64,000 bases of DNA from Octopus vulgaris (Eukaryota). Made by a program: the position numbers and the translations under genes. Positions 13,121 to 26,908 of this stretch are shown here, piece by piece (within the stretch, counting starts at the first letter, position 1; the number at the start of each line of letters is the position of its first letter). Under the pieces are notes generated by a model. The model ran no database searches and was not told the origin of the DNA. It worked only from the letters and a program-made list of their open reading frames with translations. The DNA lies in assembly GCA_951406725.2 (NCBI GenBank), contig OX597823.1, positions 57,970,001-58,034,000 on the forward strand. The letters are read 5' to 3'.

Positions 13121-14084
13121 CACATATTGTTTCGATTCACATATTCAGTCGATGGCAGTATATTTAAAAAAAAAACAAAAACCTTTTGTATCTTAATGAT
13201 TCTCGAGCGATTACTGCGAAAATTTTAAAATTTGAAGAGTATCTTGTACGAACTTCAACGTAAAATGATGTGTCAACATGGTGGGAGTAGAATTTAATTC
13301 AGTAGGGGTCAGACAGCTAGGAAGACGAAAAAATTCGCAACGATCTAAATGAGTGAGGCTTGGTGAGAAGAACAAAGTTTAAGAAGGATAAGTTGGTAAG
13401 CTTGTTGCTAAGCATCTGAAGGTACAGGACGATGCCAACGGTATCTGAGGTGCTGACCCAATGAGCCATTTTAGCTGCTTGGAATTTGGTTCAGCCTGGC
13501 ATACAGGATGTGAAGTTTCCGTCTGTGTGGTCAGTTTCATCCAAAATGTTTTTGAAAGCAAGTCACGTTTTTGTGTATAAGTCATGCGTTCGACTTGTTT
13601 GGTAGGCAACCTAACAGCAGCATTTACTTAGTGGGAGGCTCGATATACTGAAGCTGAAGAGGCACTGAAATATGCAAAGGCAGATAGACATGCATAGCTT
13701 TCTGGATGCTGAGCTGATGGGGTTGTCATTTTCAGGCGTATTTCCAGATGTTTTCCTGTATCTGGTGAAACCAAGATTTATCACCCTATATCTCAGATCT
13801 TACCAGGCGATCGCAACTCTTCACTAATCGAATAATGTGCAGAGTTAACTTCTACGTTAGATTTCTATAGTGTAATAGAGCTGGGTAACAATGATAATGT
13901 TCTGGGGAAATCTCTTGGTGCTCACTGAAATCAACTAGCCTGTTTGCTTCACAAGACGTTTGACGTGGAAACTATTGATAAAGTCCGGAAATTGCTAGAC
14001 TTGTAGTGCTATTGTGGTCATTGCCGGATCGAAATATATTCTACAGGTATATGCACCTTAAGACGAAACCGTTCTCCATGTATT

Positions 14085-14285
14085 CTGAATTTGTGTCTCT
14101 GTTTCCCCCGACACACACACCGCTTGACAACAGGTGCTGGAGACTTTACGCCTCCCTAACTTAACGGTTCGGCAAACGAGAAGATAGAATAAATACCAAG
14201 CTTATCAAAATAATTACTGGGGTCGTTTCATTCGACAAAAGACCCTTCAAAGAAGTCGTGCCCCATTATGGTCGCCATGTAAAAG
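14085..14285 (+). mobile_element. Type C SINE 3' half, degenerate
   Basis: cgcttgacaac...acggttcggcaaac...tactggggtcg homologous to reverse complement of 2600-2760. Confidence 0.7.
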
Positions 14286-14689
14286 TTTAAAAAGTCTGTG
14301 AGGCATTTAGAATACCTCTTGCTCTCACATAACCTTATCCTGCTTCTAGGAGGGCGGCACTTTTGAATCATCTCCTGCTAAAATTAACGAACGAGTGTGA
14401 TGGATTTTTCCCTAGGAAAATTTTCTAGACGCCTGCAGAAGTCTGGTTGCCCAGCTTTGTCGGGTCATAAAGTCACCAGACTGAAGGCACCGCCTTTTAC
14501 TACTTAAGAGATCGGTCACATGTAATATATTCTCTCAGTGTGTTTGTTGATAATACTTTAGCTTCTGATAGCCATAGAAATCAATAACAAAGATAAGCAT
14601 GTATTCATCTTGTATAACGGGATGTCTCCAAAACTCTTCGGCTTTCTCCGTCCCACTTGCCCTCTCTTTCTTGTTCTTTCCTTCTTTTA

Positions 14690-14696
14690 TCATTTT

Positions 14697-14748
<52 letters not shown>

Positions 14749-14800
14749 TCCTTCCTTCTTTCTTTCTTTCTTTCTTTCTTTCTGTCTTCCTTTCTTTCTT
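14690..14800. repeat. (TTTC)n microsatellite
   Basis: Direct reading. Confidence 0.95.
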
Positions 14801-16380
14801 TCCTTTTTTTCCGTTTCTCTTATAATGGTATTGAGGTGAGATTAAATTCCATATTGAATTGCAAATGTTTGCTGTGAAAAAAAATCGTCAAATCAACACT
14901 AAAAACGATATAAATAAAACCAAAAACGCTACTGGAAGACTTTAGATTTATTATGAGAGAATGATATAGAACAATCTTCGCGAATTTATGAAACCGGTTT
15001 TGCTGACTTAGCGAGTAAGATAATATACAAAATAAAAATTGAACAAATGAAAGAGAGAGAAAGCGAGGAAGAGTATGTATGTGTGTGAGGTGGGGGTATC
15101 AGGATGTGGTTTAATGAAAGGAAGCAGTATTGATTATTCTTGCTATAAATATAGAGACCTGATGTTCCGACCATAGGCTTTTTGGTTCAAATGAAGAGCG
15201 CAAAGGTTTATTTATGTAAAATGGAAACGATTTTAATCCATCGAAAATAGAAATAAAGTGTTACTTCTTGAAGTGCAAAGAAAAATAACTAAGTGGATGA
15301 TGAGGAATATAATGACGATGAGGAATACGATGACAGCGAAGACAACTAGGACGACGACGGTGACAATGATGGTGGTGGTGGTGGTGCGGTGGTGACGACG
15401 GTGGTAGTGGCAGTAGAAGTGGTTTCGTTGATGGCGACGACGACCACGATGATGATGATGATGGTGGAGGTGCTTGCGGCGGCGGTGGTCTCGTGGTGGT
15501 TCTAGTTATGGTGGTTGTGGTGGCAGTGTCGGTGGTAATGGAGGTAGTGGTAGTGGTGTCAATGATGACTATGGTTTAGAGGAATATGGTGTTTATGCTG
15601 CTACTGCTGCTGCTGCTGATGATGGTGGTAATGGTGGTGGTGGTTGTCGTCGTAGTGGTAATAATGATAATGATGATGGCAACGATGACGATGACTACGA
15701 TGATGATGGCGATCATAATCACGACGATGTTGGTGTTGAATAACGTAACTATGAAATCACCGTCGCATTCGAGGAGACAGAAATGAAGCTCTATATGTAA
15801 CGTGGTAATTCGAACAAACATACTGCAGGACATTATTACACTGCCATGCAGCAACATATAATTCCTAGTCGGTAACGTTATGATTTAGAATGCCTTTGGT
15901 CTTTGGTTTGCTTAGTCAAAACTGATCTGGAGACAAACAACTAGGCCAGTCTTACAACGATGCTCATTTGGACCACAAAACCTGCGTCGACAAAACTATA
16001 ATAAACCAAATACAGTTGTGGCTTCAACGGAAGCCAACAGAGTGGATTCTACGGAAATCAACGAATTGTCTAAATGACAAATGAGATTATTATAAGCCAA
16101 CGAAATGAGTATTCCGTCTGATCACTTTAGAGTCTATACGCACCCGGTTGATTTCTATAAAAATACAGGTATCTGATTCAAATCACTATAACTTTCCGTT
16201 TAAATAAAAAAAAAGTACCTTTTCGAAATTATCCTATCAGGGACGTATTAAGGGGATGGTTATGACTGCAACACCTTTCATAACTGTTCTGTTTAACCGG
16301 TGGTAACAGTGTCAACTTGGGGCTAAACAAAACGATAAAAGAGCTGACTTTCTGGGAATCAAATTTACCTTTGAGAAACT

Positions 16381-17175
16381 TAAAGCGGCTGAATCGTTTG
16401 CTCGTCGGACAAAATGTTTAGCGGTATTTCGACCGTCTTTATTATTCTGTGTGCGAATTTCGCTGATGTCGACTTTGCCGTTATTTATTTCGGGGTTGAT
16501 AAAATAAGGGCCAATTCAGTACCGAGGACGATGTAATATACTTAAACCCTGCACCGAACTTTCTCACCTCGTGCCAACATTTGTAATTGTTATTATTCTA
16601 GATTTTAAGGCCGCGAGCTGGCAGAAACGTTAGCAGGCCAGACGAAATGCTTAGTGGTATTTCGTCTGCTGCTACGTTCTGAGCTCAAATTCCGCTGAGG
16701 TCGACTTTGCCTTTCATACTTTCGGGTTCGATTAAATAAGTACCAGTTACGCACTGGAGTCGATGTAATCGACTTAATCCGTTTGTCTGTCCTTGTTTGT
16801 CCCCTCTGTGTTTGGCCCCTTGTGGGTAGTAAAGAAATAGGTATTTCACCCGTCGCTACGTTCTGAGTTTAAATTTCGCCGATGTCGATTTTACTTCTCA
16901 CATTTTCGGGGTAGATAAAATAACTACCAGTGAACACTGGGGTCGATGTAATCGTCTCAGCCCCTCCTCCAAAATTGCTACTCTTGTGACTAAATTTTAA
17001 ACGATTATTTGTAAATTTTAAGTCAGCGAACAGACAGGATCATTTGGATGCTGGCCAAAATGTTTAGTGAAGTTTTGTCTATTTATACGTTCTATATTCA
17101 AATTCCGCCGAGGTCGACTTAATCGACTTTCTCCCTCCTCCAAATTTCAGGACTCGTCCCTATAATACAAAGGAT
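16381..17175 (+). mobile_element. Tandem array of about four type D SINE units
   Basis: Repeated aag-cg-cga heads and gtcgactttgcc...ggggtcgataaa domains at ~16383, 16607, 16840 and 17020. Confidence 0.85.
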
Positions 17176-18599
17176 TATGATTGTACATCCTCCTTTGCAT
17201 CTGCTTTTTAATAAATTAATGCGTGTGAAAAACGCATACATGCAATAGAATCAGTTTCATTTCAGTACACCAATTTAAACGATTCTCCTCATGTATAGAT
17301 GAGATGTTTTAATCTTTAGCAATTTTTGTGAAGAATTAATTGACTTAGAATGATGTAAACTGCTAGCTTTTCGAGTCCATGTCTCCATATCTATACATTT
17401 TGTTTGATACTACCTCACTTGACCTATATTACCAACGATCATTTGAAGTGATTTCAGAACATCGAATTTAATGTCCCTTAGATCTGTGATCTCTCATCTT
17501 ATTAAATTTTCACCGTTTCTTGTCAAACACCACAGGCAAGAGAATAAAGTTAAAGGACACAAATTATGCGGAGCAATCTGATTCGATTCCCGGTTAAGCT
17601 AATTTATTTCATATTATGTCATTAATGCCTTTGTTTAGAAACATGACAGCCACATTTTATTTTGCATGTTTCTAAGATACAACTTTATTATTATGTTTTT
17701 ATTAACCACTAAAAGTTCTTTATTTCCTTATTTTTAGGGTGAAACACTTGTATGGATGAACTTTGTAGGCTCTTCGAGATTACTGGAAGCAGTCTGGTCG
17801 ATGTTGTTTTATAGAGCAAAGCAATAACAAACTAGTTTGGCCGATTCCACAATGTGATTTTGACTCTAGAGTTGAAGAATTTCCTCGTGCAGTTATTGAA
17901 AAAAAATTTCTCTTGCTTCATATATAACCGTTCCTTTTGGTTCGAAGGCCCATTGCTATTATAAGAAAACAATTGACAATAAATACGCTCCTTTATCGTC
18001 TTTATCTCATAGTTAATCAGATAGGACAAACAGCTTGTGGTGGATATCTAGATGTGGGGAGCATTGCCATCCATTTGCCATCACATGCTTAATTACAATC
18101 AGGATAACAGGTCATATTGCCAATTGTATCAGTAAGATTTGTCGGACTGTTATAAGGATTCTTCATTTGGGCAAGTCAACTTTGTTTTAAAAAAATATTT
18201 TTATTTATACAGGGCTCACTCTAATTACACTGATCAATTGTATTTAGCAAATTAAAACAAAATGTACCTGTCTATTTGTGAGTTCAGTACTTTGGTTGGG
18301 AAATCGAGATTGACGTTAAGCGGAATATCTTACACTGTAAATATCGTATCTTATCATTCCTGCTATACTTCTAGATTTATAACGCAAAAAGGAAACATAT
18401 TAGGCAACATGACCCTATTCACAATGTAACGTGTTATTGGGAAAAGACAAATTTGCCATAGATAAAATGTTCTTGAATATATATGTAGTTGATGAAAGGT
18501 GATCTAACGCTATTATTCTAGCTAGTGAACAGAAATATATAATGGAGATTATTCAAATCCAAGGAGTCTCGTGGCCGGCGACAGAAGAAAATAATAATT

Positions 18600-18739
18600 A
18601 TTTCACATTTTGGTATAAGGCCGCCAATTTCAAAGGCGGCGGTAAGTTGAATACATAGAAACCATTGCTCAAATAATATTCATTTTATCGACTTGAAATG
18701 ATGGAAGGCAAAGTCGACTTTGGTCGGATTTGAAACGAA

Positions 18740-18789
<50 letters not shown>

Positions 18790-18793
18790 TAAA

Positions 18794-18854
<61 letters not shown>

Positions 18855-19510
18855 GTAAAACTCTTTTCTACTCTAGGCAAAAAAGCACGAAAATTTTGGG
18901 AAGAGAGAGGGCAGTCGATTAGATTGACTCCAGTACGCAACTCGTATTTAATTTATCGACCCCGAAAGTAAAAGTCGACCACGGCGGAATTTGAATTGAG
19001 GACGTAAAGACTGACGAAATACCTATTTCTTTATTACCCACAAGGGGCTAAACACAGAGGGGACAAACAAGGACAGACATAGGTATTAAGTCGATTACAT
19101 CGACCCCAGTGCGTAACTGGTACTTATTTAATCGACCCCGAAAGGATGAAAGGCAAAGTCGACCTCGGCGGAATTCGAACTCACAACGTAACGCAGACGA
19201 AATACCGCAAAGCATTTCGCCCGGCGTGCTAACGTTTCTGCCAGCTCGCCACCTTCATGACGAAATACCGCTAAGCATTTCTCTCGGCGTGCTAACGTTT
19301 GTTATTGCCCACAAGGAGCTAAACATAGAGGGGCCAAACAAGGACAGACAATCATCGATCCCAGTGCGTAACTGGTACTTAATTTATCGACCCCGAAAGG
19401 ATGAAAGGCAAAGTCAACTTCGGCGGAATTTGAACTCAGAATGTAGCGGCAGAAGAAATACTGCTAAGCATTTCGCCCGGCATGCTAACGTTTCTGCCAG
19501 CTCGTCGCCT
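18600..19510 (-). mobile_element. Tandem array of type D SINE units interrupted by (TAA)n
   Basis: Repeated atcgaccccgaaaggatgaaaggcaaagtcgacctcggcggaatt and ctgccagctcg(c/t)cgcct head ends at 19255 and 19510. Confidence 0.9.
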
Positions 19511-20340
19511 TAATAATAGCAAAATTCGTTAGAGACATGTTCGTTCGTTTTCTGTCTGAAGAGCGAATTTTGGCTTGTCGATCAAAGCCCTTTTTAGTAC
19601 TTAACTATCTTTGCTTCACGTGACTTTATCTTCTTTAAAAGTACATATATTTGGGTTCACTGCCAATTACGGCCTAATATGAATGTCATCTTGAATAAAA
19701 AAACAGAAATGAACTCAAGATTTTCAAATATTTATTACTATCAATTTATTATCGAGAAAACGTGGTTGATTTTCCTGATTTTAAATAACTCAATCACATT
19801 TGACGATTTTCCAAAAGTTTTATTTAGATAATAGAAATGAAATTGTTTGTTTCTCTTGTTTTTGTTTCTATTGGTACGATGGTTGCACTTTGTTGTTTAT
19901 TTTATTGCTTTTATTAAAATTTTTTTCTCCTCTCTTTGTTTTTGTTTTGACTTTTGGCATCATGTCTGTGACCATTACACGAACAGACTAAAACAAAAAG
20001 ACGACAAGTTCTGTTGCAATAATAATGAGGAGAAAAACTTTGTTTATTGTTTGTTGACCTTTCATTAACGCGACTAAAAGTCGCAGAATGATTGTACAGG
20101 AACAGGAAGTGGAATCGAAAGAGTGAAGGTATGTGGAATAAACAACCAGGTGATGTATTGACCTTTAGGTGATAGTTATAAATATGACTGCTCCTGAGAC
20201 AAGTTATGCTTCTCTGGGTCTCAGATGACAAGCGCTTGTTTATGTAAACACCATTTTATTTACGTAAATTTCACCTCATTTACAAACGTCTAATTTTTTG
20301 CAATATTTTGATTCATGTGTGTGTGTGTTGAATGCATACA

Positions 20341-20417
20341 TCTGTATATAAATATGAGTGTATGGATTTTATATATATATATGTATGTATGTATATATAT
20401 ACGCATACATACATACA

Positions 20418-20450
<33 letters not shown>

Positions 20451-20451
20451 T

Positions 20452-20483
<32 letters not shown>

Positions 20484-20708
20484 TGTATATATATATATAT
20501 ATATATATATAGTCCATACACTCATATTTATATATCCATATTTTAAAAAATTTTTTGACTGCTGTGTCGCCATTTTCGGTGTATTTCAACCAGAAAAATG
20601 TTCACTTAAAGAGAATAACAAGCTACATAATGCAAAACTTTTACTTTTCAAAAATTCTAATTCTAAAGGGTCGAAACAAACCCGAGCAACGCCGGGCGAT
20701 ACTGCTAG
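20341..20708 (+). mobile_element. Non-autonomous Helitron with internal microsatellite
   Basis: A|TC 5' end; 3' GC-rich hairpin CCCGAGCAACGCCGGG followed by CTAG|T; insertion between A and T without TSD. Confidence 0.75.
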
Positions 20709-21398
20709 TTTATGTATAAATGACTGTATGTAGGATGTATCAGTGCATCATATGGCACTAACTCAACATAGCTATTTGATGAAAACCATAAACTGCCATT
20801 AGTTGTTTGTGGATTCCACGTAGTCCACAATTATACATAAACTTTGACTTAATATCTAAAGTGATTACTAATTATTTCGAATGCTTTAACACACACACAT
20901 ACACACACACACATACAGTATATTTTACTATATTATATATTTGCCATTAGTGTGGATTGCTAAATTTATGAACTAGTGATATAATGCACTAAGTGTTATT
21001 TATTATTTAATATATTTCATCCTAGGAATTTCATCTTCAGATTTAGTTTATAAACAAAATTTCATAAGCATAAATTGCCTTTCAAAAACTGGAAAATATA
21101 AGTACATTTATTCGATTATTGAGATGTCAGTTAAGAATTATAATGCCATAATGCATCGCTCGCTAGAGGTAGAACACTTATGGGATGTCCGTATTAACTT
21201 TATTATTGTTTCATATACAAAATAAACTGATACAAGAATACACACAGATATACGCACATATGTACGTAGCTAAATTTATCTATCTATTTACGCTAGTACC
21301 TCTCCGCACTGTCCCCCCCACAAGTGTGTGTGTATGTGCTTTAGTTGTTTGTCTGTGTGAATGTATATATTTAAGCATTATCTATCTACCTCTCTCTC

Positions 21399-21435
<37 letters not shown>

Positions 21436-21759
21436 GAGGGATGTATCTGTATATGTATATATATGCTAATATACATAAATGTATATATATTCTTTTATTT
21501 CTCTACTGGCTTCACTCATTCGACTGCAACCTTGCTGAAGCACCACCTTGGCGGTTTTCGCTGCTGTTTTTAATATGTAAGGATTTTTAACCCGCATAGT
21601 TATAATTGTGACTTGTTCATAATTATAAACGTTTTTTCTTTATATTTTATGATAATAGGTTTGGCTTTTGATATTCATAAATAATCTTAATTATTTCTAG
21701 TATATCCTCTTCTTCATTCCCCTTCTTCAGGTGCCCCTGTTTCGACTCATTGCATGTTT

Positions 21760-21910
21760 CGAACTTAGCGCTTCGGCCAGACAGAGATTCCGATAGAAAA
21801 GTATTAGGCTTACAAAGAATAAGTCCTGGTGTCGATTTATTTGACTCAAAGCCCTTTAAAATGGTACTCCAACAAGGCCGTAGTCAAATGACTGAAACCA
21901 GTAAAGAAAT
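21760..21910 (+). mobile_element. Type C SINE 3' half
   Basis: acttagcgcttcggc...gtcgattt...caaggccgtagtcaaatgactgaaac. Confidence 0.75.
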
Positions 21911-21949
21911 ACAGAATATATATACATATATTAATACACACACACACAC

Positions 21950-21999
<50 letters not shown>

Positions 22000-22003
<4 letters not shown>

Positions 22004-22430
22004 AAACAAGTCAAGATAGAAAATGCTAAAATAATTTTATAAAGAACATTTCAGTATCGGTTTCGGTCATTTTGAGACCTTTTCAACTGTAACGATTAAA
22101 TAATTAAATTTAGAAAAATTAAAAAGTTTTTTTTAAGGAATATTTGTATAGTGTTCAAATATAAGTGGCATTCTGCCTTTCTCTGTCACCCTTGTTTGCA
22201 CTTGTGTGTCGAGGTCGTTGTGAATTCTTGGTAGGGTAAAAGAAGAAGAAGGTTGATGAGGAGAAGGGGTGGACAAATTTGGGATTGCCTTGATTGTCGT
22301 ATTTTGAATGGTCAGTGACGGCTAGCAGTTGCAGTTCAATTCAGGAGAATATTTCTATTGAAAGGTTTGTTTATGGAATTTGCGTAGGGGTTATACTAAA
22401 AAGCATTAGTGATAAAGTTAAGAGGTAGAA
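22000..22430 (-). mobile_element. Probable Penelope-like 3' end with variant hammerhead (22052-22089)
   Basis: Minus: CAG TTGAAAA GGTC-tcaaaat-GACC GAAA CCGA TA CTG; upstream decayed ORF end (ITNAF*YNPYANSINKP); abuts (TA)n. Confidence 0.55.
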
Positions 22431-22666
22431 GGTGGAGCAGAAGAAGATGAAGAAGAAGAAGAAGAAGAAGATGACGATGTTGATGATGATGATGATGATG
22501 AAGAAGAAGAAGAAGGAGGAGGAGAAGAAGAAGATGATGATGATGGTGATGATGATGACGATGATGATGATTATGATGATGATGAAGAAGAATAGGAAGA
22601 AGAAGAAAAAAGAGAGAAGGGAGAATATGAATGAGTGGAAGTAGTGAGGTGTTGTATGACTTGAAG

Positions 22667-22714
<48 letters not shown>

Positions 22715-23517
22715 AAAAATTGTGAAGCATGACTGTCAACACTACTACATGAACCCGAAGATTGCAGAATTCAATGCATGAAAGTACTAGTTCAATCAGA
22801 ATGAATATTTAACATTCTACTATTTCATTTTATTTTATTCAATTATAATATATTATCTTATAATATATCATTATAAGATTGTAAATAAAACGTGAAAATC
22901 AGACAAGGTTGGAATTCTTTTTATTAATATATTCTTCTATACACAGTCACACACACCCATATATATATATATCTATATATATATATATATATAGATATGT
23001 ATATATATATATATATAAATGATTATATATATATATATATGCATATACATATATATATGTATGTGTATATATATATATATATGTGTGTGTGTGTGAATGT
23101 GTGTATATAAAAGGAATAGCCACCAAGGTGGATTCATAATACGCTAGAAGACGCCAAATTGCCTTATCATGAAGTATATTTTCTCAAAAAGTTTAACAAA
23201 CGCCAGAACGTATGCGAGCAAGACAAAAGACAGGAGACAAATTACACCAATTAACCCCATCCTTTAAAATTTCGCTATCATCGATCGCCAACGTGATGAA
23301 ACTGTCCCACTTCAGTGAAGTCGTTGCAGACACATAACTAGCGGAACCAGATACAAAACGTACACACGACTTATAACATGCATAAGGCTCCCCTAATTAT
23401 GTATGAAAAATATCAATCCGGGAAGAACTCTGCGGGCATATTCTAAGTATAGCCTCTGATTTAGATTAATATTAATTAATAATATTAATTGCTACCCTCA
23501 TTATTCAATTTTAGATA

Positions 23518-23584
<67 letters not shown>

Positions 23585-23758
23585 GTATGTGTATATATAT
23601 ATGTATGTGTGTATTTATGAATATAAGGAAAATAATTCCTTACCTTTTCAAAAACCACAAAGTAATGTACGGATATCTTAGTATGAATTGAATTCATCTT
23701 CTGCGCTAAAAACACAGAAGATCTTCGGTTAAGCTTGCGGTATAAACTATTTCTTCTT

Positions 23759-23839
<81 letters not shown>

Positions 23840-24194
23840 GCTGTTGTCTTCTGCTTCTTCTTCTTCTTATTATTATTACTATTACTATCATCATCATCAT
23901 CATCATCATCAACATCATCATCATCATCATCATAATCATCATCATCCCCATCATCATCATCATTATTATTATTATTATTTTATAATAATAATATCTTATT
24001 AAAATTTTAACTCACCCATTATTGTCCGTTTTTGAATATTGCGTGGGTAATATTTTGGAAAATACTTTTATGCAGTATAAAGTATACCTCGGCAGAAATT
24101 GTACTTTGAAAATGAAGAACCGGAACATATACCACTTAGCTTTGTGTCTGATGCGCTAAAGTTTCTGGTAGCTCACTGGTTTAATAATAAGGAT

Positions 24195-24382
24195 ATTTCC
24201 TTCTACTACAGGCACAAGGCCTAAACTTCGATAGCAGGGTGCTAGTTGATTACTTTAGCCCCAGTGCCTGACTTATTCTATAGAAGGAAGAATGACTTCA
24301 GGGTCATTTGTACTCAGAACGTAGACACAGATGAACTGAAGCTAAGCATTTTGTCTGGCGGACATTATGACAGCTCGCCTCC
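24195..24382 (-). mobile_element. Degenerate type D SINE
   Basis: ctactacaggcacaaggcct...actcagaacgtag...gctaagcattttgtctggcg...cagctcgcct. Confidence 0.7.
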
Positions 24383-25057
24383 ATGATAATAATAGTAATA
24401 ATGATAATAACAACAACAAAAAAATAATAGCAATAATACGAAGAAAAAGCAAATGAGATAAGCCGAAGTGAGATGACGTGATTTATTTCTGAGAGAATCC
24501 GCTCGAGTCCTTAGAATTAGTGAGATGAAATAAGGGGGAAGTTTCCACCTATTTCCTCTATTCATAGTTAGCGAATGTTTAGTGAAGCGGTTCCAATTAC
24601 ATATGGGGACCAAAGCCGTCAAAGACTCTATATAAAGACATATAGCATGCATACACTTTCAAATACACTGCACAGAACTGCGATAGTTGAATAAATTACA
24701 AGCCAAATGAAATTAAAAAAAAAAGAAACAACTAAATTATAATGAATAGATACATATATTAACTAAGAACGGTCCAGTTAGACCAAAATCTCCTTAATTA
24801 TCTGAAAACTTTCCATAGGTTTTAAGTGACCACACTTCCAGAAGATCGTTAATGTCTGGATTTTCTACATATATACAAAGACACGAGAGCATTTCCACAT
24901 ACATGTATACAAACATACATATGTGTATATACATAAGAGAGAATTATTATATAATATATATAGTCTATTTGCATGCAGAAATAACAAATATCTATATATA
25001 TATATATATGTATATACATATATATATATATGTATATATATATATGTATATTTAAAA

Positions 25058-25121
<64 letters not shown>

Positions 25122-25144
25122 CTATGTATATATATAAGTGTGTA

Positions 25145-25182
<38 letters not shown>

Positions 25183-25205
25183 TGTATGTATGTTGATATA
25201 CAGAT

Positions 25206-25266
<61 letters not shown>

Positions 25267-25629
25267 CAGTAGTTTATGCATAAATGTGGGTAGACCTCGA
25301 GTTAAGTCTATTTTGTTTTTTCGCTCCGGAAACCAGCTTAGTGAGCGAAGGACTTGCGTTCTTTTATAAGCAAGTGCTATAAAAAATATATTTATTACAA
25401 AATAATCGTAGCATATTCATTACCTGGGAAATGTGTCAAGATAAATTGGGAAAGAATTCAAGCAAGAAGAACATACCTAAGCACGATTTATAGAAACTGA
25501 TGTATTTTGCCCTGATCGAGAACGTGCAATTCACAGCTGTATGTACATATATATAATGCATTATGTACTTGATATTTTTTCATATATTTTAATAAGCCTA
25601 CACACATTCCTACATACACATAAATACAC

Positions 25630-25689
<60 letters not shown>

Positions 25690-26520
25690 CTGTTTGTGTG
25701 TATGTATGTATGCATACACATATATTACAACTCCAAACCCATCCCCACACATATTCATATATATATGAACTTGTTTCCTTTCACGAGTAGAAATATTATG
25801 GATGTGAGTGTATGTAGGTGATCTTGTCCAATCACTTCTGCCACAGTCTTGACCATCCTAAAAATTAGGCTATTAAATATTCATTCTGTAAGGCATCTGG
25901 TTTCTATACATATACGTCTGTATACCGTATGTATTAATATGTCCATGTATAAATATATGTACTTGCATGAAATACAATAATAAAAGTAGGCATTCATTTT
26001 TGCACGCACATGCATGAGCTGTTTTTTTCTCTTTTTCAATTTTGGTTTTTTAGCTGGAGTGTTATATTTGTTAATATTTCAGGCAAATAAGCTCCACATC
26101 ATTTTTTCCAATTTTGCCTCATATTCTTATTTCATTTTCTTTTTATTTTTTCGTTTTCATTTTATATTCCGTATAATTATTCTCGTCGAGAGAAAATATG
26201 GGTTCCTATTAATACTCTAGAAAAGAGTAAGAGGACGAAGAAGGAGAAAAAAACGGAAAAGAAGTATGGACAACGAATAAAAGAATAAAGAAAAATTGAA
26301 ATGAATGCTTTTCCTTCGAATCCTTTATTTTCACTCAGCAGTAATAATCTGTGGTTTTCACATATATTTTATCATTACGATATTGTATACATACATACGT
26401 ACATACATATATATATATATATATATATTTACATATAAATATATATATATATATGTATGTATTATGTATATATACTATGTATGTATGTATATATATATAT
26501 ATATGCATATATACATATAT

Positions 26521-26584
<64 letters not shown>

Positions 26585-26814
26585 TGTAGGCTGTTCACCG
26601 AACACGAGACCCTTATCGCTGTGTGATTAGAATTCATTTTGGCATATTTCGGAAATTACAAGAACACATACTCACATGCACGCTCATATGAGAGAGTGTG
26701 TGTGTGTATGTATGCGTATGTATATATACTTATTCATAATTAATATATATTGAGTTTATATGTACATTATATATATATACACATATATGTATGTATATAG
26801 GTATATATATATAT

Positions 26815-26845
<31 letters not shown>

Positions 26846-26861
26846 GATATATATATATGTA

Positions 26862-26908
<47 letters not shown>

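Noticed and set aside
13379-13750. 76 aa complex ORF and a CTGAAGA...GAAA motif near 13654
   Set aside because: No recognisable domain or splice context; helices I and II do not pair.
15300-15760. Gly/Asp-rich ORF resembling a low-complexity protein
   Set aside because: Decayed GGT/GAT trinucleotide repeat with stops in neighbouring sequence.
19550-19600. ctgaagagcgaattttggctt resembling the GAGC/GCTC hammerhead family
   Set aside because: GAAA and helix III are missing; at best a very degraded copy.
23255-23320. Minus-strand CTGAAG...GCGAAATTTTA hammerhead candidate
   Set aside because: The core lacks G8-A9 and helix I cannot be formed.
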